Notes under the pieces: generated by a model | Database searches by the model: none | What the model saw: the letters and a program-made list of their open reading frames with translations, nothing else | What the model was told of the DNA's origin: nothing | Source: Octopus bimaculoides | Lineage: Eukaryota | Direction of reading: 5' to 3' | Length of the DNA stretch: 34,401 nt | Assembly (NCBI RefSeq): GCF_001194135.2 | Contig: NC_068981.1 | Coordinates: 11,862,582 to 11,896,982 of the forward strand | Position numbers and translations under genes: made by a program | In this document: positions 23,945 to 34,401 of the stretch, one piece after another | How positions within the stretch are numbered: the stretch's first letter is position 1 | How the letters are laid out: the number at the start of each line of letters is the position of its first letter

Positions 23945-24174
23945 ATGAATTTGAAAGTATCATCAAACATAGTAAAACAAAAAGATTTCCATTACAATCC
24001 GTTCCAGAAATGCATCAACTTGAAGGAGTATTTGAAAATGCGAGTGATAAGAATCTCAATCTAATCCAAGAACTGGTTCTTAATACAGGAGCAAGACATG
24101 TAAATGAAGGGACGGTTGAAGCTGCCCAGTCTGGAAATGAGGATAATCAAAAGAACCATTTTCTTTTTTTCTGA
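23945..24174 (+). CDS. Probable coding exon, unknown product
   Basis: After acceptor TTATTTACGTAG the frame is open for 76 codons with protein-like composition: DEFESIIKHSKTKRFPLQSVPEMHQLEGVFENASDKNLNLIQELVLNTGARHVNEGTVEAAQSGNEDNQKNHFLFF, then TGA. It is missing from the ORF track because there is no early start codon. Confidence 0.5.
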
Positions 24175-24372
24175 AGAGATCTCGTAGAATCAAAAAATAT
24201 TAGGTAACTCGGTGTAGGTGTGGACAATAATGTACGCTTGAATGCAAACATCAAGAATAAAATATTTACGGCGCTTCGAATGTGCTTAGAGATACTTAGA
24301 ACTTTTCATAATCTACCCCTTATCTACGTTTGTTAGGTCTCACCATGAATACTACTATCCACTGCGGAGTAT

Positions 24373-24666
24373 CTTTTGTCTTTTATACTTTTATATTTCA
24401 CTTCTACGTTTCATTTGACAGCAGCCAAGCTGGAGCACCGCCTTGGTTTTAGTCGAACAAATTGATCCCAGGCAATAAATACACACATGCACATACACAT
24501 ACACATATATACGATGGGCTTCTTTCAGTTTCTGTCTACCAAATCCACTCACAAAGCTTTGCTTGACCCGAGGCTATAAGAGAAGACACGCCCAAGTTGC
24601 CATGACGTATACCGAACCCGGAACTATGTGTTTGGGGCGCAGGATTTTTGCCACGAAACCACGCCT
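24373..24666 (-). mobile_element. SINE family B with internal deletion
   Basis: The plus strand shows the reverse-complement ends GCTGGAGCACCGCCTT...AGTCGAACAAATTGATCCCAGG and CTTCTTTCAGTTTCTGTCTACCAAATCCACTCACAAAGC...GAACCCGGAAC. It lacks the ~115-bp central block present at 26615-26735. Confidence 0.88.
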
Positions 24667-25374
24667 CAAAAAAAAAAACCATCAGTGAAATTGAAGCGAC
24701 TCATATGTCGATCACAAAAGGTTTACGTCAATGTTTAGACCTTCATATTGTGATCCCCTTACAAAGACCAAACTTACAAAGCCCTTACGAAGCTAATGTC
24801 AACATCAAAGTTACGTCATTGTACAAGGTGGAAAATGTTACATCAGCATTTACCAAACGATACGACGGGATCATTAGGATATGTTATGTTAATGATTGGT
24901 GTCTACACCAATATAACTATTCTCTAAACATATACTACTATTTCCCCACGTGATGTCTATTAATTTTAAATACACACTAGCATATTTCTATTATAAAATA
25001 ACAGCCATTTGCATGGAAAAAATTATACGTATATCAGATGGAAAAATGCCACGATTTTTATAACAAGTTCAGGTGAAATTTTCCCTTAAAAGTCACTCTA
25101 TTGCAAGTAAATTGGAATTAACAATACTGACGACTTTAAGATTTTTCTTAACTTGTGTTCATTCTGAATCAGCAATCTCACAGGAAGTTAGATGATAGCA
25201 CTAGACATGATCTCTTTTACAGACACTCTTTATCGGAGAGGGCTAAACACATCGTTATAGAATTTAGTCATATTCCTGCTGTGGCAACGAATTTTTCTCG
25301 CAGTCGTTCGTGACAATACATTGAATGTCAGCGCTCTGCTGGAATATAGATAGTATCAATCTACTTTTTTCGCA

Positions 25375-25375
<1 letters not shown>

Positions 25376-25424
<49 letters not shown>

Positions 25425-25443
25425 TGATGATGATGATGATGAT
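25376..25443. repeat. (AAT)n(GAT)n trinucleotide repeat
   Basis: Direct observation. Confidence 0.97.
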
Positions 25444-25886
25444 TAAATAGATACATGAATATACAAATAAAATGGAAATGTAAAACAAATTAATTGCAGC
25501 AACATGATCTTGCAGACGTGGAACAAAACTTTTATAGAAATGCTGAGATGCAACAATAGATGTTCTTGGTAGATCTGTGTCATTGGAATACTTTGCATAA
25601 TTAATGCTTTATAATTTTCGAAGGAGAGGTTTGCCTTGTCCAGTATTTTACTTTGTAGATCCCGTTGTTATAAGAGTTGGAGTGATCTCTTGGTAGAATT
25701 TGAACTAAGAACATAAAGTGACTGAATAAATGCTGGATGGTACAATTTCCTTTGTTCGTACGATTCTGCCAGTGTGCCGCCTTGTTTCGAATAACTAGTA
25801 CGAGATGCTATATAACAGCTTCAGATCCAATAGCAACAACAAGGACAACAACATAACAGATTTCTAGAAGATGAAATACGCCTTAC

Positions 25887-25899
25887 CTGTTCGTTGGTT
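25887..25899 (-). other. Candidate 13-nt micro-exon (AACCAACGAACAG)
   Basis: The minus strand reads TTTTATTTCTTGCAG|AACCAACGAACAG|GTAAGG, a strong acceptor and a strong donor 13 nt apart. Confidence 0.35.
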
Positions 25900-26119
25900 C
25901 TGCAAGAAATAAAAGCTAAATATTCCTCCAAGGGAATAACATCGGCTTAAAAAAGTGAACACCATATATGATAATGTACATGGGTATACCCAGAAATTTA
26001 TAGACGTTTGCTCTGATGCAAAATGATAATGAAATTAACGCCACAACTTCAACACAATATGAAAGCAGTCCTTGACAAACTTAGCAATTTTATTTCAAAT
26101 GCAAAACAATACAACGGAG

Positions 26120-26197
26120 GAATAATAAACCACTATAGGTGAACCACGAGAGGTGAACCGCAAGAGGTGAACTGCGATATGGTGAGAGATTACTCTA
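26120..26197. mobile_element. Terminal fragment of a pogo/Tigger-like DNA transposon with three 14-bp repeats
   Basis: AGGTGAACCACGAG, AGGTGAACCGCAAG and AGGTGAACTGCGAT at 26137-26178, then ...GAGAGATTACTC-TA. The reverse complement resembles CAGTAATCCCTCG-type ends as recalled. No partner end was found. Confidence 0.4.
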
Positions 26198-26255
26198 TTT
26201 AATTTTGAGATTACATGCCAGAACAGTTTTTTTTCTTATTAAGATTGAATTTATA

Positions 26256-26826
26256 GGCACAGGCATGGTGGTTTTGGTGTCGAAGTTTGCTTCCCAACCT
26301 TATGGATCCGGACTCAGTTCCACAGCGTGTCAGCTTGGGCAAGTGTCTCCCATTATGGTGTCGGGCCAATCGGAGCCTTGTGAATGAACTTGGTAAGCGG
26401 AAGTTGAAAGAAGTCCATCGTATACATACACACACACTCATATATAAGGATGTTGGTGTGTGTGGAATTGGTAAGCGGAAATTAAAAGAAGGCCGTAGTA
26501 TATACATATACACACTCATATTATATGTGTGCACGTATGTATATGAATGCGTGTTCGTGTGTGTATGTATGCGTGTACGTGCGTGCGTAAGAGTGTGCGT
26601 ACACATGCACGTGCTTTGTTTCTACGTTTGTCCATTATAATCACTTGACAATTGATGTTGGCATGTTTACGTAACATAGCGGTTCGGCAAAAGAGCTCAA
26701 TAGGATAAGTAACAGCCAGGCTTTAAAACTAAGTTCTGGGATCCATTCATTTAACTAAATTTCTCCAATTCGGTTTCCCAGCATGATTACAGTCTAATGG
26801 CTGAAGAAAGTGAAGGATAAAAGATA
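26256..26826 (+). mobile_element. SINE family B, full length with internal ~78-bp duplication
   Basis: Head GGCACAGGCATGG...GTTTGCTTCCCAACC. TTGGTAAGCGGAA-TT-AAAGAAG occurs at 26390 and 26468. Internal TG/TA tract, and 3' block GCGGTTCGGCAAAAGAG...CCCAGCATG. Confidence 0.9.
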
Positions 26827-27496
26827 TCTGGGTCACATGAAGTAATAACAAATTATTTAAGTGTTTCAGTTAAACATATTTGTCAGATACTTGATGGTCG
26901 AATGCGTTGCCGTTGTTTGATTTCAAACAAGGTAGTTTGACAATTTAAAACAACGAAGTTTAATGATATAAATATTACTATTACTAGTTTTAAACTCTCC
27001 TAATATGATATGACTCACTTCTGTGAGATATACACTTAAAAAAAAAAATTACTTAGGGAATATATTACATTTTCTTAAGAGAAGTTTGCTATATAAAAGA
27101 AATATTTGACAAAAGACATTAAGCTTCGTAAAATGTCAGTTTCCCAATACATGAGAGAAAAATAGAGAAATAAAATTATCGTATAAAAACTTTTAGGCTG
27201 AGGGAAAGAGTAAAGGTGTAAAGGAGAGGAATAGAAAGAAAGAAGAGAAAGAGGAAATAAACCAATGCATGAGTGTAAGTAGAAGAAATTCAGACGTTTC
27301 TAAAGGAAGGATGATTATTGTCAGAATATTATCAATTGTATACATCGTTTATTATAACTATTGAAGCATAGAATTGAAATATATATTGACAGGTAAATAC
27401 GGGCTGTGCACAGAAAACAATACCTCAATTGCTGTCAATAGAGTTAATATTTATTTGGCTCACTCTGTTGCTCTTTCTGTGTGTGTGTATATACGA

Positions 27497-27545
<49 letters not shown>

Positions 27546-28628
27546 NNNNNNNNNNATATTGTGTGTGTATGTGTGTGTGTGTGCATTCCTAAATGTATGT
27601 GCTTTTGTGTGCGTGTATAAACAAACTGTCTTTTTTTATTCAGTAATTCCTTGCTCTATTATAAATCTTTTTCAGCTGATTTCCGATATTATAGTGCTTC
27701 AGTTGTTTTATGCACAATGATATTTTAGCTCAAAATCGAGATCCTTCAATATAATCTGAGCTATTATTATTATTTCATCGCTGAAGTATAGTTTATAAAA
27801 TTTTAGTAATGTTTTTGTGATTCTCTTTATGTGTAAAAGGTTATAATCAATCAATCAATCAATCGGAATGTCAGTTGCCTTCATATGTGACATTTATCTG
27901 ACAACAAACATTAGATGCTAACATGGATTCGAAGCTGTTTTTATTTTTTCATATCTTTTTATATACAGGGAAAACTTTCTAGCATTAAGAAGACAAGAAT
28001 CATAAACCAGAAAGATTACAACTACATGAATAATGGTTACGGTGTCCAAGAAAATAAACTTATCTTCTCGAAAACAAAGAAACTTACATTCATTTTAAAT
28101 GTCGTAGTATTATTAAAGATTTACAGTAAGCTGAAGAAGGTATCAATTCCTGTTTAAGACTATAAACAAAAGGAAGAGAAAAATTTCATGATCTTCGAGA
28201 ATGGCTGTATAATTACGAATTTTGCTTTGGCACCGTGTGGCAGCATGGTGTCTTGGACAAATCTTTTATCTTATTGCTTCGGGGTAACTAATGAATTTCG
28301 AATGAATGTCGCACATAATTACATGGAAGATACTTGAGCAACCCGGGACTTTCATAAAATGGAGGAAAATATGTAAACTTTGTTTTGATGCATCTTTGTT
28401 GGGCAAGAAGCCGCTAAGCGCGGTCGACCAGCGGACATTTAAGACCCAAAAAACAAGTATTCAGTCAATGCCCTCATCTAAAACTTTTCCTACTTCAGCC
28501 TTGGAATTCTCCATTCATTGAATAGCCCACCACAGCTATTTCGAAGAACATCATTGCCGGAATTGATGTTTAGGAGATAATCCTGTACCGCCCGCAACAT
28601 TGACAATTATTTTTTGTTTATACATACT

Positions 28629-28667
<39 letters not shown>

Positions 28668-28779
28668 NNNNNNNNNNNNNNNNNNNNNNNNNNNNNNNNN
28701 NNNNNNNNNNNNNNNNNNNNNNNNNNNNNNNNNNNNNNNTGTGTGTGTGTGTGTGTGTGTCTGTGTGTGTGTGCGCGCG

Positions 28780-28827
<48 letters not shown>

Positions 28828-28959
28828 AATTCCTGCAAGAATGAAAGTGCCAAATAAATAATTTCATCCGAATGTGGACTACCTTCTATTAAGAAAATGT
28901 GTACACCGATTGAAACAATCATACATACATACATTAATTCGTATATACACACACATGCA

Positions 28960-30048
28960 TATACGTACTTTCAATTTTTGCCCTTGTCTAAACGGAATTC
29001 TGATCCTTCCAAAAGATTGGGATGTATTCCGCGCTTTGGGCACCACATTTTTTTTTTACTATTGCATCCGTTATTCTTGAGAATACTTTAGCATATGTTA
29101 GGATCTTCATTAATGTCTTTGGTTGCTTAGTGCTTTTAATGTTTTTATGAGTACGTAGAATTTCCTTTGGGGACTTTATGGCGTATTGGAAGACTTTATG
29201 GTGTATTAAAAGCTTCGTTGTTAATAGGGTTGTCTGTATATACATAAGGTATTTTTTTTAAAGAGTAGGTGTGTTATTGTGTTCGACTTTTCTTCAATCG
29301 ATTTTGTACGTTCAACCCCATCATTTATGAGCTGAATGGGACTGTGTCTGTCAATGAGTGCGTTTTTAAGCACTTGCAGTCTCAGTTCTGTGCTATATTC
29401 TTCGGAGACTATGATGCAAATCTTTCTTGCATAAGCTAAATAATAAGTATTGTTTAGCTTCTGTGGTTTTGTAAAAAAATATCCGTTTCTATTTTTTGTT
29501 TATTTTTTTTTCACCCTGTATGTGTAGGAACGAGATTTCCTCTTGGTTGTGTTCCATTGTTAATTGTATGTTTTGAACTCCAGGAGTTTATCTATATCTT
29601 TTTTTTTTCCAGAAGATGAATCTTTTCCTATTTTTTTATGTATTAGGAAAGATGGTTTTCAAATTTTGAAAATTATTCCTGCTTTGTTTTTAGTTCCAAA
29701 TAGCCCATTGTTCAGTTGGCAATAGCCAGGGCTGCCCTGGTGCCAATGCCAATTCCTGATTTTTGGCAATCAACAGTGGTGTCAAACATTAAATGGTTGT
29801 TTTGTAGGATGAATTTATTGATTCGGTTATGAGATTTTTGCTGATCGGTTCTGGTATTTGTTCTGGATATTTTCCCAGCCAGAACCGGATTGCTTCTATT
29901 CCATAATTATGGAGGATACCGGTGCAAATATTTATCACATGAAGACATAAGTGTTTCTTCCTTGACCTTTTCCGGTAGGAGATTTAACATATCTAAGTCT
30001 CTCTAATATAAATGTTTAGATATGGTTCAAGAAGATGTCTATGAGGCA
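28960..30048 (-). mobile_element. Penelope-like element: decayed reverse transcriptase and linker to the GIY-YIG domain
   Basis: Minus-strand translation with stops and frameshifts: LIDIFL.P...YIRDDLDMLNLLP...LMSSCD..NI..GIEAIRFWLGKYP...KFILQNNHLMFD...QKSGIGIGTRAALAIAN*TMGYLE...KRF-IFW...IQLTMEH...IETDIFYK...KQYLLF...ARKICIIVS...PYV..NP...IKSTKQPKTLMKILTYAK...KKCG...LLEGSEF. The order matches PLE RT motifs. Confidence 0.9.
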
Positions 30049-30051
30049 ACG

Positions 30052-30082
<31 letters not shown>

Positions 30083-31940
30083 NNNNNNNNNNNNNNNNNN
30101 NNNNNNNNNNNNNNNNNNNNNNNNNNNNNNNNNNNNNNNNNNNNNNNNNNNNNNNNNNNNNNNNNNNNNNNNNNNNNNNNNNNNNNNNNNNNNNNNNNNN
30201 NNNNNNNNNNNNNNNNNNNNNNNNNNNNNNNNNNNNNNNNNNNNNNNNCATATTATTAATGACTCAGTATATTTCCTACGCTATTAGAAGTTTTTACCAA
30301 AGTTTTCTGAAATAATTTCATATTTATTGCTCAACTTCTTCATTGTTTCTTTACAAATTTTGTTGAAAGCAATTTCTGAATAGCTTGCTTATTTATTAAT
30401 TAATTAATTAATTAATTAATTTATTCATTTATTCATTTTTTATCCAAAGAATATTTCAATACTTCAAAAAAATATTATTACTGCAGAAAATAAAGACCCG
30501 CCATTTTTATTACCCCTCAAGTCTGTTGTCGTTATAGATATTATTCTTACATTTTTTAAATATACGTAAAGCGTTATAAGAAACTTCCCTTCCCACATAC
30601 CTACATATTTCAATAATTTTCTCATTCATATTATATCCGGAATGCATTCTACACTGTATGTGTTCATCCGTTTTACTATTTATAACACATATGCTTTCTA
30701 TATATTTGCAAATCAAGTGACCACGTTTTTGTTCACGTTTCGTGTTAAATTTGGTGTCTTAGTAATGCGTACAAATATAATTGTTTTGATTTACAACAAC
30801 TCTCTGAACAGTAGCTGAGAAATGTGAGCATTAGCCGCGGATACACATGTTCATATACATGCATATACATACATAATACATACATACACACACAAATACA
30901 CACACGTACATAGGCATATATATATATATGCACGTATACATTTGTATATGTAAATACGCATATATATGAATACATTCATATGTATATATTCATGGATATG
31001 GATATACATATATTCTCTATAATATATACGTAAAAATGCATTCAGAATTTAAGAGGAAATTTAGGAATCGTAAAAGCTAAAACAATACATGAAGTCATAT
31101 AAATTCAAATTAAATGCTTGCATCAGCTGCAATTACTCTACATTGCAGCGATTTCTTATATGCATTTTCAGTAATTACAGAATTTTGTCAAATCAGCGTG
31201 TATTTATTCTCTACAAATATATATTTTATTGAAAAATCTTTGCGTTGAGGTGATTTCAAGCTCGTTTAATCGCCTCAATACCTAACATAAAGTTCGTCAT
31301 TAGCTTTGGCAAAACACAATCAGTATAAAATAATTACTGTTGCGATAAAGAGAGTGTTTAGCTATGCTTTGAAATGCCATTCAAAAAACATTTCCGATTA
31401 TATTTTTGACAACTTTATGTTTTGAGATATTTTACGTTTTAACAGACGAATCAATGTTATATGTTATGGAAAAGTAATGTTCGGAGAAATATAATGCGAA
31501 AACCACAGTACATTTGTTTACAAAATAAACACCATAAAAAATTCAATTGATTCATGCTTTTAAAAGCGCTAGCATAAGATCTTAAAGAAAGCACAGTTGA
31601 CGTTAGTTCGTGATTACATACATGCAGGTGTATGTGTTTGTGTGGGTGTGTGCGTGTGTGTGTATGTATGTATGTATGTATGTATGCATGTATATATATA
31701 TATATATATATTATTTTGCTTAAAAGAGTTCCAACACTGTCTGTTTTTTATGTTTTATTTATATTCCTGCAGAACTAATGTGGGGTATAGAATATGGAAT
31801 ATACAATATACAATATAAAATAAAATAAAATAAAAATGGATTGCACCATGAAAGAAAGTATTGAATGTAGATGAAATATTGAGTGTTCAATATAAAGGAT
31901 CAAATATATAAATATATAAATATAAATATATATATATAAA

Positions 31941-31980
31941 GGCGACTCGAGTTTCAGGGCTATTTCCCTTCGTCATGGCC
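31941..31980 (-). ncRNA. Minimal type I hammerhead ribozyme-like motif at the PLE 3' end
   Basis: The minus strand reads GGC C(A)UGACGA AGGG-AAAUAG-CCCU GAAA C-UCGA-G UC GCC: 3-bp stem I, 4-bp stem II, palindromic mini stem III and a GUC cleavage triplet (cut between 31944 and 31943). There is one extra A in the CUGANGA core. Confidence 0.75.
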
Positions 31981-32470
31981 GGTATGACAGACTTTAACAG
32001 ANNNNNNNNNNNNNNNNNNNNNNNNNNNNNNNNNNNNNNNNNNNNNNNNNNNNNNNNNNNNNNNNNNNNNNNNNNNNNNNNNNNNNNNNNNNNNNNNNNN
32101 NNNNNNNNNNNNNNNNNNNNNNNNNNNNNNNNNNNNNNNNNNNNNNNNNNNNNNNNNNNNNNNNNNNNNNNNNNNNNNNNNNNNNNNNNNNNGTTATAAA
32201 GTTTATGGAATGGAAATATAATAAAAGTTTGATGACCACATGTTGCTAGATGGTTACTCAGTGGTATTTGGCGGACTTCTGGGTTTTTAATCTGTTGTCG
32301 ATGTACCCGTGAGCGTTCCGATAGTGCATTACCTGTCTGGCCAACGTACAATTCTTCACAATTAGGGCATTTGATGCAGTAGATTAGATTTCTACTTTTG
32401 CAGTTCATGTTCGCATTGGTGAATATTTTCCCTGTTTTTGTGTTCATATATGGGATATAATAAACATCCC
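31941..32470 (-). mobile_element. Penelope-like element 3' fragment: GIY-YIG endonuclease and 3' terminus
   Basis: ORF NANMNCKSRNLIYCIKCPNCEELYVGQTGNALSERSRVHRQQIK...PLSNHLATCG carries the LIY/YVGQT motifs, the CxxC and the conserved R and H of PLE endonucleases. An N gap spans 32002-32192. Confidence 0.92.
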
Positions 32471-32567
32471 GGAAACAAGCGTAAGACCTTCTGTTTATAA
32501 ATGTTCTATATTATACACAGCCTTGGGTTTTCATCTCATATAAAGTAAATCCTTATATATATATATA

Positions 32568-32694
32568 AAGGGTGTCCACAAAGTCTGGGTACATGAGGAT
32601 TAACACATACTTTAAGAAATTATTATTTCTTATATTTAATTGTTTATGTTACAATTTTATTTACTCCATGTACCCAGTCTTTGTGAACACCCTG
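32568..32694. mobile_element. 127-bp MITE, Tc1/mariner type (TA TSD)
   Basis: TIRs AAGGGTGTCCACAAAGTCTGGGTACATG and (reverse complement) CAGGGTGTTCACAAAGACTGGGTACATG, 25/28 identical. Flanked by TA at 32566-32567 and 32695-32696. Confidence 0.9.
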
Positions 32695-33119
32695 TATATA
32701 CTAAATTCCCGAGCACATTGCTACGAAGCTATGAATTACACGCAAGACTAACCATTAATGCACTCCGCAATCTTGAACCCATATTCTGACCATCCTGTCT
32801 ATTGTTTGTATGTATTTTTCGTTTTCTTTAACAATCATACCCTAAATGTGCATCAGAAACTCTTCCTCATTAATCTATTGGTGAACTATTGTCATGCATA
32901 TGGTAGCAGCATCGTCTTTTCACACATAGCGAAATGTACATGTTATAACACTGAACCGCTTTATGTGGCCTGATGATGATTTTTCTGCACTATGCGTGGC
33001 AATTGATTCCATTACATCGTTTCCCACTCAATAAGCAGCAGTGCTTATGTAAGCCGAAACAATCGTTGTCCTTAATATAGTTACCAGTACATTTTGTCTT
33101 CCATATTAATCATTTAGAA

Positions 33120-33160
<41 letters not shown>

Positions 33161-33179
33161 GTTTGTCTGTCTGTCTGCC

Positions 33180-33230
<51 letters not shown>

Positions 33231-33245
33231 TTATCTATCTATCTA
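33120..33245. repeat. (CTAT)n(CTGT)n(CTAT)n compound microsatellite
   Basis: Direct observation. Confidence 0.97.
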
Positions 33246-33249
33246 CATG

Positions 33250-33475
33250 CGTGTGTGTCTTTTTTCTCTGTTTGTCACCCACTACTGCTTGATAACCGGT
33301 GCTGGTATATTTACGCCCTTATAACTTAGCAGTTCGGCATAGAGATCAATAGAATAGTACCTTCCTTAAAAACATAATTACTGCGATCGATTACTTCCAC
33401 TAAAACTTCAAGGCGGCGCTCCACTATGGCCGCAGCCTAATGCTTGAAGCAAAATAAAAATTAAAAAAAAACAAA
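33250..33475 (+). mobile_element. SINE family B, 3' half only
   Basis: TGTTTGTCACCC...CCGGTGCTGGTATATTTACGCCCTTATAACTTAGCAGTTCGGC...AAGGCGGCGCTCCACTATGGCCGCAG matches the 3' half of the 26256 and 6041 copies. Confidence 0.88.
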
Positions 33476-34051
33476 AATAAAGGACACTCTTTATAGGGCC
33501 CAGTTTAATCTATGAGCATTTACATCAAACTCGCTACTCTATACCATAATCATTACGTATATATAAGTAGCCATAATCCGATCCTTTCAATCATTATATT
33601 CTACATTTAATCCATCCGATTATTTTTGTTTTATATTGTCATGGTAATCAGTCATTGTGTTTTTCAATTCCTTTTATGTGTTTTAATTAATGAAGCTGAA
33701 CCAAATTAATTTGTTTTAACAATGACTTGCAAAAATTGTAATTTATTCGATGATAAATAACATTGCACACAATTATCCATAATGACGATGACTGACGCCC
33801 ATCGGTTAATTTCTTCAAAGCGATAATTAGTTTCTCTATATTTCATTGAATTTAGTTGCCTTGATATAGTGAAACCGATAATCTCCAGTAAATACACAAC
33901 TCCATGAATTCAGAGGCATCTATTTTCTTCTTTTGACACTGGAGATTTTATGGCTTCAAGGAAATATGTGCATCATTATCAGTCAGAGAACCGATAGGTT
34001 AGAGGGGAAAGACTGGTGAACTTGGATATCTTCTTTTGTGTGTTGCCACAG

Positions 34052-34112
34052 TGCAAGGAACGGAGAAAAAGAGGAGATTGCTCTTTGTGGTGGAAAGAAT
34101 AATGAATTAGAG
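34052..34112 (+). CDS. Candidate 61-nt exon (ARNGEKEEIALCGGKNNELE, phase 2 to 0)
   Basis: Acceptor CTTCTTTTGTGTGTTGCCACAG and donor GAG|GTAAAT. Only this frame is open. Confidence 0.35.
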
Positions 34113-34265
34113 GTAAATCACGCGAGACAACTTTGTGTATCACAGACAAATCTCAGAGCAGTTAAAATGTACACATACAAGTCATGAGATCCGCGGATTT
34201 CTGATATCGGAACGTCATTAATTTAGGTTATTCGTTTCCCACTGTTCTCAAACGTTGCCCTACAC

Positions 34266-34266
34266 C

Positions 34267-34327
<61 letters not shown>

Positions 34328-34380
34328 CCTACCTATCAATCTATCTCTATTTATATGTCTATCTATCTATTTATCTATCT
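34266..34380. repeat. (CTAT)n microsatellite
   Basis: Direct observation. Confidence 0.96.
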
Positions 34381-34401
34381 ATATATCTCTAATAATAATA
34401 A

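Noticed and set aside
26137-26178. Repeat array considered as CRISPR-like
   Set aside because: Tandem 14-mers without unique spacers, in eukaryotic DNA with no cas genes.
30290-30400. Short minus-strand frame (KETMKKLSNKY) as a possible upstream part of the PLE ORF
   Set aside because: The expected downstream PLE motifs (YL..F, FYGLPKIHK) do not follow.

Overview
This is AT-rich, microsatellite-dense eukaryotic DNA from a gapped draft assembly. The tRNA-derived SINE families match those I recall from Octopus genomes, so the likely source is an octopus or related cephalopod (inference). No complete intact gene can be read. Well supported: about 14 SINE copies from several families (two with clean target-site duplications), two minus-strand Penelope-like retroelement (PLE) fragments (a decayed RT, and a GIY-YIG endonuclease followed by a minimal hammerhead ribozyme-like fold), a TA-flanked Tc1/mariner-type MITE and many microsatellites. 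Less certain, from manual translation only: three minus-strand decayed segments resembling XK-related (XKR) membrane proteins, a candidate promoter and first exon with E2F and CCAAT motifs, a composite direct/inverted repeat with a nested SINE, and several candidate exons including a 13-nt micro-exon. Most ORFs in the supplied track are microsatellite or N-gap artefacts. I see no firm evidence for a wholly new biological system. The best leads are the XKR-like cluster, the PLE hammerhead and the 10.2-11.1 kb composite repeat.
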